Source: Acidimicrobiales bacterium
GTDB taxonomy: Bacteria; Actinomycetota; Acidimicrobiia; Acidimicrobiales; DASWIA01
Direction of reading: 5' to 3'
DNA length: 64,000 bases
Assembly (NCBI GenBank): GCA_036397895.1
Contig: DASWIA010000047.1
Location: 20,237-84,236, forward strand
Below are positions 56,512 to 64,000 of this stretch, piece by piece (within the stretch, counting starts at the first letter, position 1; every line of letters starts with the position of its first letter). The position numbers and the translations under genes are program-made. The notes beneath the pieces are model-generated. The model saw only the letters and a list, made by a program, of their open reading frames with translations, was not told where the DNA came from and ran no database searches.

Positions 56512-57675
56512 TCAGGACCCCATCCCGATGCCTTGGCTGCGCTGGAGGCTCTTGCCTTCGGTCTGGAGCGCGGGCGCCACCATGACCTCGGCCTTCTGGA
56601 ACTCCTTCACCGACTCGTAACCACACGTGGACATCGAGGTGCGGAGGGCACCGAAGAGGTTGAGCCGACCGTCGTTCTCGTGGGCGGGTCCCACCAGGAT
56701 CTCTTCGAGCGTTCCCCGGACGCCCACCTCGACCCGTGCGCCGCGCGGCAGCGTGGGATGGAAGGTGGCCATTCCCCAGTGGTAGCCGCGGCCGGGGGCC
56801 TCAACGGCAGCGGCGAGGGGGGAGCCGATCATCACCGCGTCGGCACCGCAGGCGATGGCTTTGGCAACGTCGCCACCGGTGCCCATTCCGCCATCGGCGA
56901 TGACGTGGACGTAGACGCCGGTCTCGTCGAGGTGACGCATCCGTGCCCCGGCCGCGTCGGCGATGGCGGTGGCCTGGGGCACACCGATGCCGAGCACACC
57001 GCGGCTGGTGCAGGCGTGACCGGGACCGACGCCGACGAGGATGCCGACGGCACCGGTGCGCATGAGGTGCAGCGCAGCCTGATAGCTGGCACACCCACCG
57101 ACGATGCAGGGGATGTCGAGCTCTCGGATGAACTTCTTCAGGTTCAACGGCTCACGCGTCTTCGACACGTGCTCGGCCGAGACGACGGTGCCCTGGATGA
57201 CCAACAGGTCGAGCTCGGCGGCGATGATGGCGGGTGCGAAGTGCTCGGTGCGAGGCGGCGTGACCGACGCGCAGCTGACCACGCCTGCATCCTTGATCTC
57301 CCGGATGCGCCGGGTGACGAGATCGAGGTCGACGTCTCGGGTGTAGATGTCCTGCATCCGCAGTGTGGCCTTCTCGGGCGGAAGCTCGGCGATCTCGGCC
57401 AGGAGCGCGTCGGGGTCCTCGTAGCGGGTCCAGAGACCCTCGAGGTTCAGCACACCGACGCCACCGATGCGGCCGATCTCGATGGCCGTGGCCGGGCTGA
57501 TGACCCCGTCCATGGCCGCGCCCATCAACGGGAGATCGAAGGTGTAGGCGTCGATCTCCCAGGAGATGTCGACGTCCTCGGGATCTCGGGTGCGCCTGCT
57601 CGGCACGATGGCGATGTCGTCGAACCCATACGCCCGGCGACCAGACTTCCCGATGCCGATCTCGACCTCAGCCAC
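56512..57675 (-). CDS. GuaB3-family IMP dehydrogenase-related protein
   Basis: Begins MAEVEIGIGKSGRRAYGFDDIAIVPSRRTR and contains IADGGMGTGGDVAKA. At 387 aa with no CBS pair, it matches the GuaB3 type rather than GuaB2. Confidence 0.88.
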   Translation of the reverse strand: MAEVEIGIGKSGRRAYGFDDIAIVPSRRTRDPEDVDISWEIDAYTFDLPLMGAAMDGVISPATAIEIGRIGGVGVLNLEGLWTRYEDPDALLAEIAELPPEKATLRMQDIYTRDVDLDLVTRRIREIKDAGVVSCASVTPPRTEHFAPAIIAAELDLLVIQGTVVSAEHVSKTREPLNLKKFIRELDIPCIVGGCASYQAALHLMRTGAVGILVGVGPGHACTSRGVLGIGVPQATAIADAAGARMRHLDETGVYVHVIADGGMGTGGDVAKAIACGADAVMIGSPLAAAVEAPGRGYHWGMATFHPTLPRGARVEVGVRGTLEEILVGPAHENDGRLNLFGALRTSMSTCGYESVKEFQKAEVMVAPALQTEGKSLQRSQGIGMGS

Positions 57676-57775
57676 AGGGGGGAACCTCCGGAAACTCGAC
57701 CCCTAAAGGGCTGAGTGTAGCCATGGCCTCCGACCGATCACGAACCCCTCGGCATGCCGGTGTGGAGCCCTGGGC

Positions 57776-57812
57776 ACGGTCAGGACACACGGTCAGGACA
57801 CACGGTCAGGAC
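57776..57812. repeat. 13-bp tandem repeat, about 2.8 copies (ACGGTCAGGACAC), anchored on the stop of CDS 57806..58195
   Basis: Copies lie at 57776-57788 and 57789-57801, with a partial copy at 57802-57812. Minus-strand TGAs occur at 57808-57806 (the real stop), 57795-57793 and 57782-57780, giving one in each frame. Confidence 0.95.
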
Positions 57813-58195
57813 TTGAGGACGTTCAGGATCTGGCGGGCCACCGCCCCCGACATCTCGTAGCGCACCTGCTTGCGGGCATCGCGCACCTTGGTGAGGACGC
57901 TGCCACCGGTGAGCTGTTCGACCGAGTCCAAGCCGGCCACCACCGCTTCCTTGGAGATGTCCGTGGCCCGGTAGCCCATCGAGGTGAGACCCTTGATGAT
58001 GTCGTTCTGAGCGACAGGGCCGGGCGCGGCGGTGGCGAGCACGCGAAGTGCGTCCTTGGTGATCTCGGCGGCCTGTTCGACCGCCTCGACCGGCGTGAGA
58101 TGGCCTCCGGGCGCTCCCTCGACCGATGCCAGCCAGCGCCGAACCTTCAGCACGATCTCCTGGTGGGACTCGCCGTCGAACGTCAACGTGGCCAT
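57806..58195 (-). CDS. Hypothetical protein (129 aa)
   Basis: ATG at 58195 (MATLTFDGESHQEIVLKVRRWL). The coding bias is good, but I recognise no motif. Confidence 0.55.
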   Translation of the reverse strand: MATLTFDGESHQEIVLKVRRWLASVEGAPGGHLTPVEAVEQAAEITKDALRVLATAAPGPVAQNDIIKGLTSMGYRATDISKEAVVAGLDSVEQLTGGSVLTKVRDARKQVRYEMSGAVARQILNVLKS

Positions 58196-58215
58196 GGGTG
58201 CCCAGCGTAGGACGT

Positions 58216-58803
58216 TCAGATGCCGCGCTCGGGGTCGGTGCCGGTGATGCGCCCCAACAGGTCGACGAGCATCGCACCGGTGGCGCCCCACACCGTGTCG
58301 CCGACCAGCTCGAAGAAGTAGATGGGACGATCGACCGGACCGAGGCCCCATCGCTCCTCGCGGAAGTGCTGGGGATCCAACAGCTCGCTGAGCGGCACGT
58401 GCAGGACCCGCTCGACCTCCGCGGGGTTGGGCGTGAGCGCGGGCGGGGCGTCGAGGACGCCGACCACAGGAACGATGAAGCTGCCACTGCTGATGGTGGC
58501 GAGGTGATCGAGCTCGCCGATGACCTCTACCTTGTCAGGGGGCAACGCCACCTCCTCGTTGGCCTCCCGCAGCGCGGTGGCCACTGCATCCTCTCCCTCG
58601 TCCTGGCGGCCTCCGGGGAACGCCACCTCCCAGCGATGGCTGCGCAGGTGGCGGGACCTGCGGGTGAGCACGACGTGGGCCTCACCGCCGTCCTCGTAGA
58701 GAGCGGCCAGAACCGCGGAGGCCCGAGGGCGGAACCGCTCCACCAGCGCGGGACGAGGCGCCCGCCCCGAGGCGAAGGCGCGAACCACGTCGTCGATGCT
58801 CAC
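58216..58803 (-). CDS. NUDIX hydrolase, CoA pyrophosphatase type
   Basis: The Nudix box is GGRQDEGEDAVATALREANEEVAL, preceded by a NuCoA-like LTRRSRHLRSHRWEVAFPGG. I chose the GTG at 58803. An alternative GTG at 58923 would overlap the upstream small-ORF stop (GTGA). The remainder of the 429-aa track ORF is Arg-rich and overlaps groEL. Confidence 0.8.
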   Translation of the reverse strand: MSIDDVVRAFASGRAPRPALVERFRPRASAVLAALYEDGGEAHVVLTRRSRHLRSHRWEVAFPGGRQDEGEDAVATALREANEEVALPPDKVEVIGELDHLATISSGSFIVPVVGVLDAPPALTPNPAEVERVLHVPLSELLDPQHFREERWGLGPVDRPIYFFELVGDTVWGATGAMLVDLLGRITGTDPERGI

Positions 58804-58919
58804 CCGGCGCTGTCCGGGGTCGAGGTGAGCCCACGGAGGCGGTTGGCCTCGCTTGGTACCCGGTGGGCGGGGGATGCGCTGAGGGCCGCCCCGGGCGTTG
58901 GTCGGGGTGCCGTCGCCGC

Positions 58920-59165
58920 TCACGCGTCCTGGTCGGTGATGGCCAGCGCGGAGAGCAGCTCGGCCAGACCGTGCTTCTTCAGCTCGGCCAGGGTCTGCCC
59001 AGGCGGCACCTCGCCGCGCTCCCACCCTTCCCAGTGCTCGAGCAGGACGTTGGGGTCGGGCGGCGGGCGGTCCATTGCGAGGAGCGTATCGACCGCATCG
59101 GACCGCGGGCGCCCCAGGCGCGGATCGAGCCGCCCGAAGGCGGCCCGATCGTGCGCGTTCAGCAA
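58920..59165 (-). CDS. Hypothetical small protein (81 aa, or 51 aa from the internal ATG at 59075)
   Basis: The frame has sustained G/C third positions (NVLLEHWEGWERGEVPPGQTLAELKKHGLAELL). TTG start at 59165, 13 nt after the groEL stop. Confidence 0.45.
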   Translation of the reverse strand: MLNAHDRAAFGRLDPRLGRPRSDAVDTLLAMDRPPPDPNVLLEHWEGWERGEVPPGQTLAELKKHGLAELLSALAITDQDA

Positions 59166-59177
59166 TGTGGCGCGGGG

Positions 59178-60848
<1,671 letters not shown>

Positions 60849-60881
60849 TCAGATGACAACGGGCGCACGGCCCGCGGACCG

Positions 60882-60905
60882 CCGTCGCCGCGGGGGCGGC
60901 GACGG
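60882..60905 (-). other. Intercistronic hairpin between groES and groEL
   Basis: CCGTCGCCGC (60882-60891) pairs with GCGGCGACGG (60896-60905) around a GGGG loop. Confidence 0.5.
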
Positions 60906-60917
60906 ACGGTCGGGGGA

Positions 60918-61208
60918 CTACTTGACGATGGCCAGGATGTCGCGGCTGTTGAGGATCAGCAGATCCTCACCACCTTCGGTGATCTCGGTACCGCCGTACT
61001 TGCTGTAGATGACGGTCTGGCCCACCTCGACGTCGAGGGGGACGATCTCACCCGTCTGCTCCGAACGAGCACCGGGGCCGGCAGCCAGGATCTCGCCTTG
61101 CTGGGGCTTCTCCTTGGCGGTGTCGGGGATGACCAGACCGCTGGCGGTGGTCTCCTCGGACTCGCTGGGGCGCACGACCACGCGGTCGCCGAGCGGCTGA
61201 AGATTCAT
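60918..61208 (-). CDS. groES: Co-chaperonin GroES
   Basis: ATG at 61208 ([12 protein letters not shown]) is preceded by GGAGG. The mobile loop is [18 protein letters not shown]. Confidence 0.97.
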   Translation of the reverse strand: MNLQPLGDRVVVRPSESEETTASGLVIPDTAKEKPQQGEILAAGPGARSEQTGEIVPLDVEVGQTVIYSKYGGTEITEGGEDLLILNSRDILAIVK

Positions 61209-61256
61209 GGTGGCTGCCTCCGTTGGCATGGTTTCGCCGGCCTCTTCGGCCGAGCG

Positions 61257-61283
61257 TTAGCACTCTCCACTTGCGAGTGCTAA
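61257..61283 (-). promoter_or_regulatory. CIRCE operator (HrcA binding site)
   Basis: TTAGCACTC-N9-GAGTGCTAA is a perfect match to the consensus: arms at 61257-61265 and 61275-61283, about 50 nt upstream of groES. Confidence 0.95.
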
Positions 61284-61302
61284 CCCTATGCGGGAGTCGC
61301 CA

Positions 61303-61316
61303 GGGGTTGCAACCCC
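61303..61316 (-). terminator. Small GC palindrome downstream of the tsaD stop
   Basis: GGGGTTGCAACCCC at 61303-61316. The tsaD stop is at 61330-61332. Confidence 0.3.
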
Positions 61317-61329
61317 GACAGCTCGGTTC

Positions 61330-62364
61330 TCACATCGGTGGCAGGCGCAGCCCCGGCTGTGCCCCTACATCGAGGGGAGTGGCGCCGTCGGAACGAAGTC
61401 GATGCCACCCCACCGCCGCCACCATGGCCGCGTTGTCGGTGCACATCGCCATCGACGGGACATGGCAACGCAATCCGTCGCGTTCACACGCGCTCACCAT
61501 CCGAGCCCGCAACAGCGAGTTGGCGGCTACTCCTCCGGCAAGGCACACGCCGGTGGCCTCGACCTCGAGGGCGGCGGCGAGGGTCTTGGCCACCAACACG
61601 TCGATGGCAGCCTCCTGAAACGACGCCGCCATGTCAGGCGTGCTGACGTCGGGGTGCTTGCGGACGTAGTTGACCACCGCCGTCTTCAGGCCGCTGAAGC
61701 TGAAGTCGAGGCCGTCGTTCATCATCGGCCGGGGCAGCGGGACGGCTTCGGGATCGCCATCGAGCGACACTCGATCGATGGCGGGCCCGCCCGGATAGCC
61801 GAGGCCCAGGTAGCGGGCCACCTTGTCGAACGCCTCGCCGGCGGCATCGTCGACGGTGCTCCCGAGCACCCGGTACTGGCCGTGGTCCACCATGTGGATG
61901 ATCTCGGTGTGCCCACCCGAAACCAACAAGATGACGACGGGGAGCTGGAGGTGGGGGTTCTCGATGAGCGGGGCATACAGATGCGCTTCGAGGTGGTTCA
62001 CCCCGACGAAGGGCACGTCCCACACCAGGGCCATCGCCTTGGCCGCTGACAATCCGACCAGCAGCGAACCCATCAGACCAGGGCCGATGGTGGCAGCGAC
62101 CGCGCCGACATCGTCGCCATCGGTACCCGCCTCCACCATCGCCTGGGCCACGACAGGTGTGATCAGGTCGAGGTGGGCACGACTGGCGATCTCGGGGACC
62201 ACGCCACCGTAACGGGCGTGGAGGTCGACCTGACTCGACACCACCGATGACAAGACGACGACCCCGTCGGCGACGACGGCGGCGGCCGTCTCGTCACACG
62301 ACGATTCGATGCCGAGCACCTTCAGGCTGAGATCGGGTACGTCCTCGAGGGTCGGGAGGCTCAC
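61330..62364 (-). CDS. tsaD: tRNA N6-adenosine threonylcarbamoyltransferase TsaD
   Basis: LGIESSCDETAAAVV, VNHLEAHLYA and LAGGVAANSLLR are present. Confidence 0.96.
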   Translation of the reverse strand: MSLPTLEDVPDLSLKVLGIESSCDETAAAVVADGVVVLSSVVSSQVDLHARYGGVVPEIASRAHLDLITPVVAQAMVEAGTDGDDVGAVAATIGPGLMGSLLVGLSAAKAMALVWDVPFVGVNHLEAHLYAPLIENPHLQLPVVILLVSGGHTEIIHMVDHGQYRVLGSTVDDAAGEAFDKVARYLGLGYPGGPAIDRVSLDGDPEAVPLPRPMMNDGLDFSFSGLKTAVVNYVRKHPDVSTPDMAASFQEAAIDVLVAKTLAAALEVEATGVCLAGGVAANSLLRARMVSACERDGLRCHVPSMAMCTDNAAMVAAVGWHRLRSDGATPLDVGAQPGLRLPPM

Positions 62365-62373
62365 GGGTCGGTC

Positions 62374-62985
62374 CTAGCAGTCATGGCCGATGGCGTCGTG
62401 GGAGACCACGGCGTGGAGGGTCGGATCGAGCACAGTCGGGCTGGGCAACCGCGCGGCGATGTCGACGAGCCGCCTCTCGTAGCCGGCGCTGTCGATGTCG
62501 TGCACCCACATGACCAGCGCGTCCTCGCCGGACTCGCGGTAGTAGCCCCGGCGAACTCCGACCGGCGCGAACCCGAAGCGTCGATACATCTCCTGGGCCG
62601 CGGTGTTCGACTGGCGGACCTCGAGGGTCAGGGCGGTCATGCCCCGGGCCCGAGCAACCCGGGTCTGGCTGAGCATCAGGTGCGTTCCGAGCCCTTGGCG
62701 GTGCCGGGACGGGTCGACGGCGATGGTGGTGATGTGAGCCTCGTCCGGCGCGAACATCAACCCGGAGTACCCGACGACGTGGGACCCGACGCGAGCGACG
62801 ATGTAACACCGCGCCGTACGCATCGAGAGCTCGGAGGTGAACAACCCGTGCGTCCAGGGGCGGGTGTACACCTGCTGCTCGATGGTGAGCACGGAGCGAA
62901 GGTGCCGGCGTCGCATGGGACCGACGTGCACCGGTGAGACGGTGCTGCCGTCGGAGGAGCGAGAGCTGGGGGCGCGGAGAGCCAT
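62374..62985 (-). CDS. rimI: Ribosomal-protein-alanine N-acetyltransferase RimI (GNAT)
   Basis: The GNAT acetyl-CoA motif is VDPSRHRQGLGTHLM, and the gene sits between tsaB and tsaD as expected. The start is uncertain (62985, or ATG at 62916). Confidence 0.8.
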   Translation of the reverse strand: MALRAPSSRSSDGSTVSPVHVGPMRRRHLRSVLTIEQQVYTRPWTHGLFTSELSMRTARCYIVARVGSHVVGYSGLMFAPDEAHITTIAVDPSRHRQGLGTHLMLSQTRVARARGMTALTLEVRQSNTAAQEMYRRFGFAPVGVRRGYYRESGEDALVMWVHDIDSAGYERRLVDIAARLPSPTVLDPTLHAVVSHDAIGHDC

Positions 62986-63000
62986 GGTGGTGACCGGCGG

Positions 63001-63699
63001 TCAGGCGCCGGTGCGCACCTCCCAGTTGATCTCGGCATCGGCCTTCCGCAGGTAGACGGGATGGAGGTCAGTGGGTTGGACGAAGTCCTCACGAAGGGCT
63101 CGGGCGTGGGCAAGCTGGACGAGTGCAGCCGCCGATGGACTGGACTGACCGGCTTCCACGAGCTCCACCCGGCCGGCATCTCGGAACTCCTCCGCGTAGC
63201 GGATGGCCCCGTCGCCCACCACCAGGCACTCCTCACGTGTGCTCGCCAGCTCGGTGGCCACGTCCCGGGGACTGGCCACCCGGTGTTCGCTGAGTCGCTG
63301 CACTCCTCCGGGAACCTGGCGGTAGCGGCCGACGAACACCTCGCCCCTTCGAGCGTCGATCACGGCAACGATGAGCTTGGGCGACTGCCGCATGGAGAAG
63401 GCGAGCAGATCCAGGCTGGCCACCCCGATCATCGGCACCCGCAGCGCCTGGGCGATGCCCTTGGCGGTGGCGATGCCGACTCGCAGCCCGGTGAACAGGC
63501 CGGGGCCGACGTCGACGGCCACCACGGAGATCTCGCGAATCTCGATGCGGGCCTGGCGGAGGACGAACTCGATGCCGGGAGCGAGCATCTCGGCGTGGCG
63601 GGGCCGTCGGTTCACATGGAAGCTGACCAGGACGCCTTCGTGGCCGCCGACGGCGACGCCCACCTGTGGGGTGGCGGTCTCGATGCCCAGTATCAGCAC
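63001..63699 (-). CDS. tsaB: tRNA threonylcarbamoyladenosine biosynthesis protein TsaB
   Basis: GTG start. Begins MLILGIETATPQVGVAV, with VDVGPGLFTGLRVG present. Confidence 0.92.
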   Translation of the reverse strand: MLILGIETATPQVGVAVGGHEGVLVSFHVNRRPRHAEMLAPGIEFVLRQARIEIREISVVAVDVGPGLFTGLRVGIATAKGIAQALRVPMIGVASLDLLAFSMRQSPKLIVAVIDARRGEVFVGRYRQVPGGVQRLSEHRVASPRDVATELASTREECLVVGDGAIRYAEEFRDAGRVELVEAGQSSPSAAALVQLAHARALREDFVQPTDLHPVYLRKADAEINWEVRTGA

Positions 63700-63702
63700 G
63701 GC

Positions 63703-64000
63703 TCAGCGCTCGACCCAGTGGGTCACAGCCCGCCGTAGCTCGGCGTCGCGGCCCGCCCACGGCGACCCGGTTGCGGAAAGAGACACCAGGCGCACATCGG
63801 GATCGTCGGTGAGCTCCAGGTGCACCTGCAGGTAGTCACGGGGAAGCAGGGGCTCGGCCACATCACCCCATTCGATCAGCGTGACACCGCCGTCATCGAG
63901 CATCTCGTTGAGCCCGAGGTCGATCACCTCCTGGTGGTGGTCGAGCCGGTAGACGTCGACGTGGTGCAATCGGAGACGCGCCGCATACTCGCGAACGAGG
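63703..64000 (-). CDS. tsaE: tRNA threonylcarbamoyladenosine biosynthesis ATPase TsaE (3' part only; the 5' end lies beyond the window)
   Basis: HVDVYRL and TLIEWG are typical of the TsaE C-terminus. The frame stays open to base 64000, and the position upstream of tsaB fits. Confidence 0.8.
   Translation of the reverse strand, partial: LVREYAARLRLHHVDVYRLDHHQEVIDLGLNEMLDDGGVTLIEWGDVAEPLLPRDYLQVHLELTDDPDVRLVSLSATGSPWAGRDAELRRAVTHWVER

Overview
This is a GC-rich, tightly packed chromosomal window. It looks actinobacterial: two WhiB paralogs, a GuaB3-type gene, and tsaE-tsaB-rimI-tsaD-groES-groEL synteny with a perfect CIRCE operator. No finer taxonomic call is possible without a database search. 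Most of the window is core metabolism. I call 62 CDSs (including a 51-nt fragment at base 1 and tsaE truncated at the 3' edge) and found no rRNA, tRNA, CRISPR array, transposase or integrase. The main blocks are: a same-strand phosphate supra-operon (pstSCAB-phoU-histidine kinase-response regulator) with PHO-box-like 11-nt direct repeats and ppk1 next door; TCA genes (sdhAB, mdh, icd, sucCD); one-carbon and purine genes (metF, folD, purH, purN, guaA, guaB3-like); pcrA; and groES/groEL. The accessory-looking content is listed below.
- An orphan, translationally coupled trio of type-IV-pilin-like genes (16273-19306). One is a modular pilin with an FN3-like domain. The trio sits just downstream of a BchI/BchD-like AAA+ ATPase plus vWA pair, and no pilus assembly genes are in view.
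- Three independent 13-bp tandem repeat arrays of about three copies each, all anchored on a TGA stop codon. In two of the three arrays the copies place TGA in all three reading frames.
- Two copies of a REP/MITE-like intergenic element built from a GAGGACT[CG]A core.
- A vapBC module whose G-depleted, CCAT[CT]-repeat upstream tract sits where sdhCD would be expected.
- A hairpin-dense 190-bp intergenic region (44655-44850).
I regard none of these as a proven new system. The pilin/ATPase-vWA locus and the stop-anchored 13-mers are the best candidates for follow-up. All coordinates were indexed by hand. No database searches or folding calculations were run.
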